From Microbotryum violaceum (taxonomy: Eukaryota), in assembly GCA_001244265.2 (NCBI GenBank), contig CDLV01000015.1, positions 744,001 to 808,000 of the forward strand: 64,000 nt of DNA. The letters run 5' to 3'. Shown piece after piece: positions 11,947 to 25,147 of the stretch. A model generated the notes under the pieces. It was not told the DNA's origin. It saw nothing but the letters and a program-made list of their open reading frames with translations, and did not search any database. The number at the start of each line of letters is the position of its first letter. Positions within the stretch are counted from its first letter, which is position 1. The position numbers and the translations under genes are program-made.

Positions 11947-13635
11947 ATGACTCGCTCTCGGACGCTCTCTCGCCTCGCCAAAACATCGATCGGGCGCATC
12001 TCGCGCTTCCTCAACACCGGCGGCGGCGGTGGCGGTGGGGGAGGAGGAACCGGCACGTCTGCCGTCGGCTACACACGCAGTCGATCCGAACCGCCTTTAC
12101 CTCCTTTACCTTACGCCGTCAAGACCGCCGCGCTGGGCCCGTCTCTCTACAGAGCTGAAAGTTTCGAGAATGTTCCTTTAGCCGATCATTCCATCTCTCG
12201 CAAACGGACTTTGAAAGGTTCCATCTCGTACCCCGTTTTACGAAGCGCCACCTGCGCGAGTGTGTACGAGTGCGATTCCGAGGATTCGAGAAGGTTGGGT
12301 TTTAGTACACCGAGGTCGAGTCCGCCGGTCGGGTACGGTTTGAAGGCGTATAGGAGGGAGGGGCAGGAAAATTCGGGGCGTTCGAGTATGGCGGATGATG
12401 AGGAAGAGTTGGTGATTACGGTGTCGTCTAGGAAAGATGCGAGGAACCCGAAGACTTTGAAGAATGGGAGTCCGCCGTCGCCTGCTCCGCCGGCAACGCC
12501 CGCGAAGAGTGTGCATTGGCCACCTCGCAAAAGCTCCCTAGCCACCGAATACGAATACGATCCCAACGAATGTTCATCCAAGACCAAGGTCGACCCTTTA
12601 CCCACCCCCACCTCATTGAAATTTTCGGAAAAGGAACAACGCCGCATCTCCGTCTCCGCTGCGATGGCTCGAGCTCAACAACGCCACACAACGTTCCATG
12701 AGCGCGATCTTGAGACATGGACTTCATTCATCAATGATTCTTTCGGGTCTTTTGACTCGTCGCTTGCACTTGCGACGTTCGATACGTCCGTACCTGTATT
12801 GACCATCGTCGATTTCGAGGATGATCGAAGTGGCGCAAGATCGCCGGACGCAACGAACGTTGGTGACTTTGCACCCCTGACGACGGGGGACGGTTGCGCC
12901 ACTTCATCCGATCCCCGCCCGCTCTCTACAACTTCGTCCCTCTTCACTTCGGGGCTTCATTCAGGTCAACTCTCAACCATGTTAGACTCGACCTCCACGC
13001 TCACTAGACCTATTTCCTTCTGTTTGTCGCCTAAGGGGATGGGAGACTTCTCAACTTTCCCGTTCGACGTGGCGACGAACACGATGGACGAATCCTGGTT
13101 ATTCGACGAGAATCGATTTTCGTTCCTTTCGTATCCTTTTAGAATCGAAGGCGAACTTTCCCGACCGGGTGATCAATTCGAGGAAGATCGGGATTCCGTC
13201 ACTTCGGAGTGGCAAGGGGAATCTGGAGCTGATGAGGCGACGGAGGTTGGGGAGGGGAAGAAGAGGCAGAAGACGACGATTTCGATGATGTTGCAGTGGT
13301 GTCAGAGGCCTCCATCGGAAGGATATTTGGTCGATAGGGAGGATGTGGAGGGGATGGATGAGCAGGATGGCGTTGGGGAGCACGAGGAGGAGCACGAGGA
13401 GCAGGAGCAGGAGCAGGAGGAGGTGCTGGAGGAGGATGACGACGAGACTCTCCTGGATTTGGATGGACTATCCGATTGTTTCGACGTCGAGATTGATTTC
13501 GAGGTGGAGATGGACCCTACTATTTGCGGTGCGAGGCAGTCGAATCGACCTGTGTCCCTGGATGCGTATCCGTTTCGTACGATGAGAGGTGATGATTGGT
13601 CCGGTTTGGACAGAAAGATTAGGAATACGATGTAA
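11947..13635 (+). CDS. Hypothetical Ser-rich/acidic protein, single exon
   Basis: Long uninterrupted ORF from ATG 11947 (MTRSRTLSR...). No recognisable domain. Confidence 0.7.
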   Translation: MTRSRTLSRLAKTSIGRISRFLNTGGGGGGGGGGTGTSAVGYTRSRSEPPLPPLPYAVKTAALGPSLYRAESFENVPLADHSISRKRTLKGSISYPVLRSATCASVYECDSEDSRRLGFSTPRSSPPVGYGLKAYRREGQENSGRSSMADDEEELVITVSSRKDARNPKTLKNGSPPSPAPPATPAKSVHWPPRKSSLATEYEYDPNECSSKTKVDPLPTPTSLKFSEKEQRRISVSAAMARAQQRHTTFHERDLETWTSFINDSFGSFDSSLALATFDTSVPVLTIVDFEDDRSGARSPDATNVGDFAPLTTGDGCATSSDPRPLSTTSSLFTSGLHSGQLSTMLDSTSTLTRPISFCLSPKGMGDFSTFPFDVATNTMDESWLFDENRFSFLSYPFRIEGELSRPGDQFEEDRDSVTSEWQGESGADEATEVGEGKKRQKTTISMMLQWCQRPPSEGYLVDREDVEGMDEQDGVGEHEEEHEEQEQEQEEVLEEDDDETLLDLDGLSDCFDVEIDFEVEMDPTICGARQSNRPVSLDAYPFRTMRGDDWSGLDRKIRNTM

Positions 13636-13848
13636 ATACGGGTTCGCGTGGGTGCTGCGCGTCGGTGATAACATATTTCGCGTTTGATAAAGTTCTTCTT
13701 CTTTGTAAACTTAGCTTTGTTGGCATTACGTAACTAGGATCACCGGATGTCTGCTCTTCAGGTCCGATTCACCCAGCAGCGTCTGTTGTCCCACCTTCGA
13801 GTACTACACTTGCTCGAACCTCACAGATATACACTGGGTTTTCCACCT

Positions 13849-15314
13849 TTATTCCTTCATCTCAGTATCCTCCCCCTCCTCCTTCTTTTTCTCCTCCTCC
13901 CCCTGCTTCTGCACATCTTGCAAAAAGCTCTCCACCCCCATAGCCGCCTCCTCCGCCATACCTAGACCCCTAACCAAAGGCCCCAAGGCCCCCGTCCTCA
14001 GCGCTCGATCCAAGGCCGCTACGGAGCGACGGAATTCGGGGGTCCCTGTTGTCGCACGTCGGAGGGATTCGGAGTTGGAAGGGAGTATCGGGGGTAGGAG
14101 AGGGGATAGTTTTGCGAGGAGGGCTGGAGAGGGGTTGGAGAGGAGGGAAGAGATTACGGTGGGTGTGAGGACGTCTTGCAGTTGATATTCTGTGAATGGA
14201 TGGACGAATGAGATAGTAAGATGGTGTTTGAGAGGGAGGAACTGCGCTGAGTAAAATTACCTGGGACCTCGTTCATCCCTCCAAAGCCCGACGAAGACTC
14301 GGATGCGGTCTCACCAGTGATCCCAGCAAGGATGTTGCGCAATTGAGCCATTTGGGCCTCCGAACCTAGTCGAGGGTTAGCTGCCGACGAAGACGAGGAT
14401 GAGGGTGCAGGTACAGTGCGGGCTACTGTTTGAGCCGTTGTAGGTGGTGGCATGGCGATTCGGGATGCCGGTGCCGGGGTCTGGAAAGGGTTTCGAGGGG
14501 TAGTTCTGTGAGAGTAGACAGGGCGATAGATAAGTAAGCCTTTCGGTCGTGGTCCTCGCGATTGGAACCAGATGTGATGTGGATCATGGGGTTGCATTGC
14601 GAGGTGCCGTTTGATATCTACATGTACAAAAAGGGATGGATCAAAGCTTCTAGCGGAAACCAATGGCTCACGGTTCGACCTCCATAGCCCCCGCCGAATC
14701 CTCTTCCTCGTCAATCTGAGCGCCAATCAACTCGTTGACCTTGTCCGCTCGCTCCTGATCGTGCGATGCGTCGACGTCTTGGTGCCAGAAGAAGCTTCGA
14801 GCGGAGGAGGAGGAGAACTTGAGTACGTGAACGCGTTCGCTCGCTTTGACGAAGGTCGCGTCGCCGGGGAAAATGATGAGGTCTTCAACGATAGCGTTGG
14901 CGTCGAGGTCTTTCCAGTAGACTGTGGAAAGGATGAAGGGGGCTGTCAGGACGTGGCAATGACGAGGGGAGTATGCGATCAGGGCGATCGTGGGTGTCGT
15001 GGGGCGAAGAAACTGATTCACGCTCCTCGCCAGAGTGTGATGACTGCTTACAGTGCATCAGGCCATCCTCCTCTTCGATCGTGATCAGTCTAGTATCCAC
15101 AACAGCGATTGAGGACGTGTGGAAGGTCAGCACATCGCGTTCAAGTGTCCCAACGGTGGGACGATTACGCGGCTTAGCCAATCCGCCGCAGGTGATGCGA
15201 GGGGTGTATGTAAGTGAGATCGGTAACTGACCCTCTTCCAGGTGCCGGTACGACCGTGTTGGTCTCGCCCTGGCGGAACGCTCGGCCAGCGCGGAACGAG
15301 AGCAGAGGGGCCAT
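13849..15314 (-). CDS. RPN13: Proteasome ubiquitin receptor Rpn13/ADRM1
   Basis: Pru domain motifs (LSFRAGRAFR, EEEDGLMH, YWK, EDLIIFPGDATF, RVHVLKFSSSSARSFFWHQD) and C-terminal UCH-binding helices (TPEFRRSVAALDRALRTGALGPL). Confidence 0.92.
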
Positions 15315-15958
15315 GGTGGGGGTGGATTATGGGTGGGAGGAGGTGGCCGAAAGAGGGAGAGGGGCATCTCTTGCCGGCTTGGCCAACTTGCACTGAGGCC
15401 AGCAGCTGCAGTGGCAGCGCCGTTGTTCGACTTTTCGAGTGGCGAAAAGGTACCGGCTATAACTTTCCATACATGATCCGATGCGTTCTTCCGAAATGGA
15501 AAATTCACAAATGTCAATGTTGATCAAAATCCATGTGCCAGGGCCGAGCCGTGCGCACGGACCTCAGCCGACATGTGCGCGTGAGTCCGTGACGACCTCT
15601 ACTCCATCGAGACATAAATGCGGAGAGATCGAACGCGAAATTCGAATAATGATGGGCAGCAGACGGTGCGTTGAGATAGAGCACGCAAGGAAGTGATTGG
15701 CACACCTGTCCGGCCACCCTCAGCTTGCTCGGTGCTCAGAAACTTGAGATGCTCCGCCCCACTCAGCACTTGACCTTTCGGCCCAGGGAAGGCTGACGTC
15801 GATCTCGGCCGAGTTGGGACGACGCACGTTATCGGCCTCGGGCGAAACTCGTCCGGACCTTCCGAGTCTTGAAGCGTGATTGGGTCCGTCTCCTGCTTGA
15901 CTCCACCCCAACCCCGAGCCCACCGCTCTTAGGTCCGCTTCTTCATCCCAGACTCAAA

Positions 15959-18316
15959 ATGCTCGGCTCTGCATCCACTCCGATACCAATCCCCTCATCG
16001 GACGGCCTTGCTGGCTTGAACAAGTTCAACTCGTCCGAGCCCCAAGCTCAGCAAGGCACGACAGCGCCGGGCGGTGCGACTGGCAATGGCAATAGCGATG
16101 GCACCTCGACCGATACTACTCAACTTCTCGAGGCCATCTTGCTCGAGTTGAGGAACATCAAGCTCAACCAGGCACAATTCGAACACAAGGTCAGTGCACC
16201 ATCCTCGTCCGCCTTCCACCTCTCCGGCGTATGACTCGTACTGAATTCAGACCGAATCTCGGACCCACGTTCCGCTCGCCTCCCCGCCCCCACATGACCT
16301 TATCCACCGCGCTCTGTCTCGCTCCAAACACGCCAGCTCGAAGCACTCGCGCTCGCACCGGCCTCACCCTTTTCGTTGCAAACTCTCTCCCACACCCAGT
16401 CCCCACCTTCCTTGTCCCACACACCACCCCTCGAGTCGACCTCGCCCTTGTCGCTCGCCCCTATCTACGTCTCGGCACCGCTCAACCCGAGCGCCTCGCC
16501 TTCTCTCCCAGCGCGCAATGTCCCCGCTTCGTCCCCTTACTCGCAGCGCGTCATACTCACCACGTACCCAAACCAAGTGGGGATCTCTCCTGTGCCTTTG
16601 AAATGGGGTGCTCCCTCGGCCATGGAACGTGGTCCCGTGATTGCTTCCCGTCACGCTCTGTCCATCAAGAAGAGGAATGCGATTGGCGCGTATGCGGGGT
16701 CGTATAGCGTTTATCGCGCGCTCGCGTGCGCCCAGGGCTTGATTGATCCCAATCACCGGCCAGGTGGGTTCCTGCCACCGCTTCCAAAAGCGCTTGATCA
16801 TGAACTTATGATCAGGAATGTGGGATGCGTCCAACTCACAGACTACACCAACACCGAGCCCCCTATTGACATCAAATGGAACCCTTCGTGGGACGACAAA
16901 TCAAAGATCGTCTCCATCGATCCGTACGGCCATCTTGCCCCACAAGTTTTCAAGTCGTACTTTGATGCTGGACTCGACATTCGCCCTACGATCTCCATCA
17001 CCAAAGCTCACATCAAGTTGCTCGACATGGACGAGGCCGTCCGCTCGGGAGCTTTGCAAGTCGATGGCAAGATCGTCGTCAAGACCCCCACGGAATGGAT
17101 CAACGCGAATCGAGCGGCCTCGACGGCGGCCAAAACCAAAAGGGATGAACATGACATTGCGGGTCAACACATCGAGCATGCCGCTTTCGACGCAGGGGTG
17201 GAGTTGAACGTCAACAAGGCGGCGCTCGAGCCGGTCTGGTACCTCCCAGGTATGTTGGGGAATTGCATGTGTCGCTGGTGCAGCGAACCTGACAGACATT
17301 TGGTTTCCGTCATTCCAAATAGGTATCGCGCAAAGATTCGGGATCACCGAAGGAGCGCTTCGTCGCTCCTTGTTCGAAGACACTGGAGGTGAGCACACGG
17401 CAAGAAAGCCCGAAGAAGCGCACTGCTCATCAAGGTCTCCTTTTCCCTAGGCGCCTTCCCCGAACTCATGACTCGTCCCGACCTCAAAGTCTTCTTGCCT
17501 CCCATCGGCGGGATGACGGTCTACATCGTGAGTGGCCGTATGAACGACCCCACCTAAGCTCTCGATCTGAGCAACAGTTGTCCTTGCACAGTTCGGACCT
17601 GTGGAATACATCTCCGATGAATCGAAAGAATTGACTTTGAGGGTCCACGACGAATGCTCGGGGAGTGATGTCTTTGGATCCGACATTTGCACCTGTCGAC
17701 CCTACCTCATCTATGGGCTGCAGGAATCAATCCGTTGTGCGCAGCGTGGAGGGGTGGGCATCGTCATCTATTTCAGGAAGGAAGGGAGGGCGTTGGGAGA
17801 GGTGACCAAGTACCTCGTTTACAATGCGAGGAAACGAGGGGGTGACAATGCTGCGCACTACTTCAAGCGTACTGAGGATGTAAGTAGAACCAAGGTGGAG
17901 TTTCCAGAGATGAGTCTGCAACTGACTAACTTTGGTGTGTGCTAACAGATTGCTGGTGTCAAAGACATGCGCTTCCAAGCGCTGATGCCGGACGTGTTGC
18001 ACTGGCTCGGCGTCAAAAAGATTGACAACATGATCAGCATGTCCGATCTCAAGTATAACGGTCAGTCCTGTATCCCATGTGACGTTGTACATCGAATCGC
18101 AGCACCTGACCCGCTTTGATTTTGATTCACCTTGCATCAGCCATCGTCGAGTCAGGTATCCCGATCCACAAGAGGTACGAGATCCCCGAAGACCTGATCC
18201 CACCCGATTCGAGGGTCGAAATCGATGCCAAGATTGCCGCGGGGTACTTCTCGACGACTTCGGTCACCAACCTCGAGGCGACCGCTGGTCGATTGTGGGA
18301 GGAGGTACAGCACTGA
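15959..18316 (+). CDS. urg1: Urg1-type GTP cyclohydrolase II family protein
   Basis: N-terminal domain (RVILTTYP, RGPVIASR, RNAIGAYAGSYSVYRALA) and RibA-like domain (RVHDECSGSDVFGSDICTCRPYL, YFRKEGRALGEVTK, DMRFQALMPDVLHWLG, EIDAKIAAGYF). Multiple introns. Confidence 0.9.
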
Positions 18317-18544
18317 GGAGCTGGGTAGAAGGCGGGGGCGGGGGAGTTGAGGTGGGAGCGCCGCGGGGAACGGGAATTTGGGTTTATGTACAGTTGAATA
18401 TATTTTGCTTGCATGTGTCCCCTAAATAAGTATGAGGTCAGACTTTCTGTCGGTCAACGGCTACATCAACCTGCATAGATAATATGCCCACCATAGTGAA
18501 CCGCAAATACGATCTGGGAGTACGGCAGCCTCCCCGAAGGGACT

Positions 18545-18830
18545 GGATCAACATGTTCATCGAGAGCAACCATATGCATCATCACACGGGTATCCCGAGG
18601 TACAAGATGTAAGTTCCTTTTCATGCACCCTTTCTCCTGGGAGGGCAGAGTGAAATATAATATTAATGTTATGCTTCACCAGCTAAGAGATTACCGATGG
18701 CTTTATATTCCACACGGTTTGAGGGGTCGGGATCGACCCCACGATCGCTGCGGGTTACTTCCCGATGAGTTCGCCTGCGGGGGGTTTATAGGAGACAGCG
18801 AGAAGGAGCTGGAAAGGTGGCAAGAGGTAC
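18545..18830 (+). pseudogene. Decayed tandem copy of the 3' end of the Urg1-like gene
   Basis: GGTATCCCGAGGTACAAG and GATCGACCCCACGATCGCTGCGGGTTACTTC resemble GGTATCCCGATCCACAAG and AATCGATGCCAAGATTGCCGCGGGGTACTTC of the intact gene. Stops and indels are present. Confidence 0.65.
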
Positions 18831-19095
18831 GGGTGTGCTTGATAGGGGAAGTTGGATCATACCTGGCATGGGTGTTTTGAATTTAGTTCTTACTTCGTGT
18901 ACAGATAGGAACAAGCTGGAACGCGACATTCCATTCATGTTCAAGTCGGGGGTGTTGCTTCGAATTCGGTTCACAAAGCCCTACATTACACCAAAAACCT
19001 CTATCCCAAGCAGTGAATGGAGAAGAAAAAAAAAACGAACAGTGAAAGGTGACTGAGAAGACGTCCTCTTCACCCCCTCAGACCTTTCCCGGGGT

Positions 19096-20761
19096 TCAAA
19101 TCTCAAATGAATCCCTCCCCGCCGCAAATATGAGTAATTTCTTATGCCACTCCCTTTGTTCGGCCAATCGCACCGTTTCGTCCTTACCATCATCTTCATC
19201 TTGAGGTAGACGCGCGAAAGCGTTTTTGTAACCTAGGGAAACAGATCGATGAGGGGTTTGAAGAAGATTTTCCGTAGAGGTGGAGGCGATTTGATTGATT
19301 CCGAAGCCGAAGAGGTCTTCGTCGGTGAAGACGGAGCGAGAACGAGAACGAGAGCGGGAATGCGTTGGGCTGTTCGTGCGTGTTCGAATGAGGGAAGTGG
19401 AAACTGAGGAAGGTGGAGAGGATCGCAAGTGGGAAGGAGGGTGGGGTGCATGCTGTGTGCTTGTTCTTGAATTTTGGGAGGGTACGATGACCGTTTCGAT
19501 TTTGCGGATCAGGGAGGCACGCCTTTTCGCAAAGGAGGGGAGAGTTAGCGAAAAGGGAGGACGTTTTGTTGCTCGAGGGTAATGATTCGTCAATTCTGCT
19601 CGGGTGCGGGTTGGAGTTGGAGGTGACAACGGAGCACGGAGAATACGTGACGGTGGTGAGCGAGTGTGGATTACCGTGCTTGGAGTCGAAGGGGTCAAAG
19701 GAGGGGTCCGAGCGTCAGAGTAATGAGGGAGATCACTCGTACCGCTCCCCGACGCCGAGGCGCGAGCGCTGAGGGAGGAGCTACAATGACGGAGAGGGGG
19801 GCTGAAGAAAAGCGCATCCTCGTCGATGGTAGAGTCGTGGGGGATCTCGTTCGTCTCGTTATTGTCGGTTTCTTCTTCCGGAGGGTCAAGCGCAGAGGAG
19901 GAGGGCGAAGCGAGCGAGGAAAGCGGCGACTCCTCATTGAGGGGACGCTGGTTGAGCAACGAGGGACAACTCGACGAATTGCGACGGTACGCAAAGGAGG
20001 CATCGTCCTCGGGGTCATGGTAGCCCGCGACGTCCTGGTGAGTTGATGGAATTGGGTAACACGAGTGATGACGACGCAAAGGGGAACGCAAAGTCGTCGA
20101 TCGACGAAAAAGACTCGACACGCCCGCCGATTTGAACGAGCCGCCGGGAGAGTTCACCTCCTTTCCAACGACGATCCCTACGGCGGTAGCGGAGTAGAGA
20201 CTGCTGCTGGCTGTACGACGTCGCTCGGAGGCTTGATACTGCCTGCGCTCCCGAGCGAGCTCAATCAACAAGTTTCGTTCGATTTCGAGCGTGTCATCCT
20301 CTTGTACGTTGCCATGTCGTTGCGTTATTACCGGGTCCGCCGTCGTGCTCGAGCCGGCACCGCGCTGAGCTCGCGATCGTTTTCGTAGCCGATTCGGTCG
20401 TCCACTCGTCGTACCCGAGACAGCGCGACCACTCGGAGTCGCCTTTGTGGTTCTGACCAGGTGACTCGAAATGGAATTGAGGGAAGTATCGAACGAAGGT
20501 GTGGCTGAACGAACAGAGCTCAAACTGGGTGAAGCGGGGAGGATGTGTTGGCAGACTTGTTTGACGCGAGTCGCGAAGCGGCGGAATGATGAATTTGGCG
20601 TCTGCCAGCAAATCGGGGTTGAGCGGGCAGAGTTCTTGCGGTTAGGTGCTCGATATTCAGGAGGGCGGTGTTCAGTCGAGGGATACGCTTACCGAGGGCA
20701 TCGAGGTGTTGTCGGCGGGCAGGACGTACTTGGGTTTGTTGGTGCTGGAGCGGGCTGTCAT
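19096..20761 (-). CDS. Hypothetical Ser/Arg/Pro-rich disordered protein
   Basis: ATG at 20761 and one GTAAGC intron near 20692 splice in frame into the 475-aa ORF ending at 19096. Confidence 0.65.
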
Positions 20762-21359
20762 GTCGTCGGTGCAGGCAGTGCGGAATAGTCTGCTGAGGAG
20801 CTAAAACGGTGGGAGATCAAATGGTGGACAAAGACAAAAGCGATATGAAAGAGAAACCACACCAAGGTGGGAGGTGATCGTCCCTCCCCAAGTGTGAGCA
20901 GGTCAGGTTCTTGGCACGAGGAACAGTGTGCTGAAACACCTGGAAGCTATCATGAAGATCCAATTTTTCCAGCTTGGCAATCGCGGAGTATAGCCTGGTG
21001 GGCTTATTCGGGCAAACTCTAGGAAAAGGGGCTAGTCATTCTTTCGGCTAGTCGTTTGTGGGACGACCGAATGAGGCCATTGAGGGGTTAATTCTGTGGG
21101 GAACGTGACGAGCTGAAGTCAGGAAAGAATCGATAATTCTAGAGGAGAGAGGGTGATGGAAGGAACATCAAATGTGACGGAGTGTCGACCCGAGTTAGTA
21201 TGGTGACACGGGGAGGTATCACGATCGTCCCTCGACGACCATGTGGGGAGGCTCGGCATGGTCCGTGCGAATGAAACCCGGCGCACGATATGTGGGGGTT
21301 GGTTCGAGGCGCCAACAAGTGCCTCCCTGCGCCCGACCATCGAGCGGCTTGCATGCGCC

Positions 21360-23841
21360 ATGGCCTCGCACTCTTTCACCAACGAAGCCGACGAATTCAC
21401 TCAAATCTCATTCCTTTCCAACCCTTCCAACCTACCCCAACCCACCCCCGTTCCGAAACTCGATCGTTCCCAAGTCCTAGCTCAACACCAGGCGCTGATC
21501 GAGCGCGAACGAGCATGGAGTCAGTCTTCCTCCACTGAGACAAGACAACGCAAAGAGGTGGTGGGGCCGTATAAGCCTTGGTCTAGGAGGACTGGATCCA
21601 GGGACTTAGAGTTTGTGGAAGGATTGCACAAATTGAGGTGCGATGAGAGTGCCAAAGGTCAGTTGAGGAAGAGACGTAGCGCGAGGTGACTTGGGGGCCT
21701 AGCTTGCATGCACTCACCAACCTGTTACCATCCAGGCAAGGCTTTACTCGTTCGAATCATCTCTCCCACCGTTGTCAATTCCATCTCGGTGCATTGCGTC
21801 ATCGAAGATAACCTCGGCGACGTCGCTCCCGTCCAGCTCTATCGACTCCCCCGAAACACGTCGCTACAAGATCTAAACGATCGTTTTCCTCAAAGCTCTA
21901 CATTCGGTGAGTTCTTCGACCTTGCACAATACCATTTCGTGAACCCTCTGCTGATTGAACAAGGTCACACTGAGTTGCACAGTCATTTCCGAGCCGACGC
22001 TTCGATCAAGCAAGGGTGGTTTCCTAATTCGCATCGACTCGCCCGCCGATTTTCACGAATGTTTAGACCCACTCAACGTCCAAACGAATCCATTCCGCAA
22101 CGAAAAGCAAAACCTTTCCACACCCCAGGAATACGCATTGGCCGCCGAGACTTACCTCGAGCAAGGTCGTCTTCAAGCCGGTTTGAGATCGTGTGCGCTC
22201 GCGATGGATCGCGCGTGGAATACAGGCAAGGATGAACTACTCGCATCGTTAGGATATCTCCAAAGTAGAGCGCTCTATGAAGTAGGTCAATACCGCAGTT
22301 GTTTGGACGGGACCGAAGGTGCGTTCGAGACTGCGAGTAATTGGCCTCAAGCGACGGATCCGAAGGGACAAATTGCGAAAAAGGCGTTGTGGTTGGGTGC
22401 GAAAGCGGCGTATCGGATCCAGGAATGGGATCATGCGAAGGGGAATTTGGCCGATCTGAAAAGGTTGCAGAAGTTGGATGGCGAGATGCTCGAGTTGGAG
22501 CGCAAGATTGGAAAGAGAATCGAGGAGAATCGAGAAGGTTCGTTCGAGTGGGAGGGGCTGTTCGACTCTGCGAAAGAGGGGAAATATTCGGAAACTTCAG
22601 ATTATCGACAACCTTCGATCGAGGTTCGGGAGATCGAGGGAAAAGGTGCAGGGGTGGTCGCCAAGTCCAGGATCGAACGAGGGGAATTGATCCTGTTCGA
22701 AGAGGCGTTGGCGAGTGCGGAATCGACTTCGCTTTTTCAAGGACATGGAGGAGGCTCATCGACTATCTGTGTGAATCTCTTCACGAAGGAATACGATCCC
22801 GAAGCATTGGGCCAGACCGTGTCGGTCTTATTGGAGAAGATGTCTGGGGACGAGAAGGTCAAGAAATTGGTTTATGATCTGAGCACGGGACCTGCGGAGG
22901 GGGTTTTGGATAAGTTGAGGGTCGAACGAGTGAAGGTAGAGGAAGACGAAGTGTACGACTACGACGAAGAAGAGGATGACCCGGACGCCGCTCCACCTGG
23001 TCTCGACGTCAGTCGCGTCGAAGCGATCGTCACTTACAATTCGTTCAAAGTACGCTGCATCACCGCTCAAGCCTCAGCATTCGATCCCACGGCCAAAGAT
23101 CAACCCAAGACCGATCGTTTGGCGATCTACAACTTTGCCTCGCGCTTCAACCATTCGTGTCTGCCCAACGTTTCGTACCAATTCCTCGGTGATCGCATAC
23201 TCGTACGCGCGATCAAGACGATCGAAGAAGGGGAGGAAGTCGTACTTTCGTATACGGATTCGATGAGGGGTCTTGAAGAGAGGAGAATGCATCAGGAGAA
23301 ACACGGGTTTGAGTGTGGGTGTCGGTTGTGTGCGTTGGATGCCTGGGAAGGGAGCAAGCAGAGGGAGGAGAGGCGGTCGTTGATTACGCAGTTGGAGGAG
23401 ATGGACGAGAAAGAATCGGACGACCTTGATGCGTACCTTGACCTACTCCGACAGATTGATGATACCTACGCAACCGATCGACCTACGTCACTTCGATCGG
23501 AATCCTTCCGACCCCTTACCATCTTTGCTGAACGACTTGCGCGGGCCTCACAATTGGCGCAAGCGATCGAGATGCAGAAAAGGGCGTTGGAAGCGGTCGG
23601 AGCTTCGTTCGCACCCTCCACCGAAGTGGTGAACTCATTCCCCATCTTGGGCGATGAAGAGTCCGTCAAGATGGCTTTGCGGATCGCGGATAAGTATCAG
23701 GCGATGGGGGACAGGGCCAAGGTCGGGATTTGGGTGGAGAATGCGAAGAGGTTGGAGGATGGGGAGAGTGGAGGGGTTTTGTTGGAAAGGAGGTATAAGG
23801 ATTGGGTTGGAGATATGGGCATCAAGTTGGATTTGAGGTAG
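21360..23841 (+). CDS. TPR + SET-domain lysine methyltransferase (SMYD-like)
   Basis: TPR-like helices, then GKGAGVVAKSRIERGELI, ASRFNHSCLPNV, EEGEEVVLSY and post-SET FECGCRLC. Two 5' introns. Confidence 0.88.
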
Positions 23842-24152
23842 CGTATTTGAAATAGTCGTTGTATTCTTAGAGGTGTTGGTATGTTCCAAGTTTTGGAGGG
23901 TGACATCGTCGACGGAGCGGGAGGATGACCATCCCTCAGACTTTTAAGTAAAATTTGTAGGCGGCGACCTACTCAAGCTTCATCTCTCATCTGGACGAAC
24001 GCTCAAGAGTCGTATGGTTTCCACGAAGATGCATTGCTAAGGAACCCGTTCTCTTTCCTCCTCTCCCCTCGACGAAATATTACAACGTGTTTCTCCCCTC
24101 TCTTCTCCCGGTCCCCTCTTTACTCCTCGCTGGCCTCTTCCTCCGGACCCAT

Positions 24153-24873
24153 CTAGCATTGACCGCCTCGGAGCGAAAGGATGAGATGCAAAGTACTGCC
24201 TGGTGTGACCTTGAGGTCGGACGCGGTCTTTTCTTCCGGCCTGAGAGTGGGTGAGGGTCGTCGATGGATTGGGGGAGATCGGGATCGGATTTTCGGAACG
24301 AGGTTCGAGGAGCATCCGATTCCCAAAGAAGAGGACAGAAGAGGATGTTAAGACGGGAGTCAGTGAATCGTACTTTTGGCTAGATTGAGATTTGAACCGT
24401 ACATGGCCTTGCCCATAAAGATGAGACGTTGTTGTGCCGGGGGGATCCCCTCCTTCTCCTCTAGTGCGACCTTGATGCGTTCGACCTGTAGAAGGGAAGA
24501 TGATTAGTGCACGGGTACGGTGTGGTGTAGTCGGGGTGTGGTGGGGTGGGCTTGCCGTGTCGTTGGGCTCAATGTCGAGGTCGATCTGTGGGGCGGATTT
24601 GGGAGCTCGTGGATCAGCTGTGGGGGCGTGAGGATCGAGGGCAGAGTCACGGGGAGACTCACCTCTTTGCCAGTCAGTGTCTGCAGAAGAGGGAACGTGT
24701 GACGAGGTGCGAGAGGATACGGTGTGCGTGTTGTCGTGCACGGGGGTTTGGAGCGAGTGCCGGGTTCGGTTCAACATCGACGAGCGGATGAGCAAGTCAG
24801 CAACCCACATTAGTACAGTACACAGCTTGGAGCGAAGATGCGAGACGGGACTGACCTTGATCTTGATGTTCAT
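24153..24873 (-). CDS. RUB1: Ubiquitin-like protein NEDD8/Rub1 precursor (5 exons)
   Basis: Spliced product is [78 protein letters not shown]. It has NEDD8-like residues, no Arg72, and a diglycine followed by a 2-aa extension. Confidence 0.93.
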
Positions 24874-25147
24874 TTTGCTGGAAAGTAGGCGAGTGCTCGA
24901 GGGGTGTAATGCGCAGAGGGATCAAGCACGACCAAGTTCAGACGCGTTACAGCCGATTACACTCGGTCACGGTGTTCAGCAGTGTAGAGCAGTGCTGGGC
25001 AGTGTAGAGCAGTGTTCAGCGCTCACTCGGCGCTCACTCAGCGCTCGACGTTCAACGTTGTCAACCTCTTCGAGCTCGGACCGATTTCGGCTGTCTTGTC
25101 TCTCTCCCACATCGCGCCCGCGCCCGCTGCCATACCCGCACACGACC

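Noticed and set aside
24037-24873. 278-aa ORF on the minus strand
   Set aside because: Chance read-through of the NEDD8 introns. The spliced 78-aa product explains the locus.
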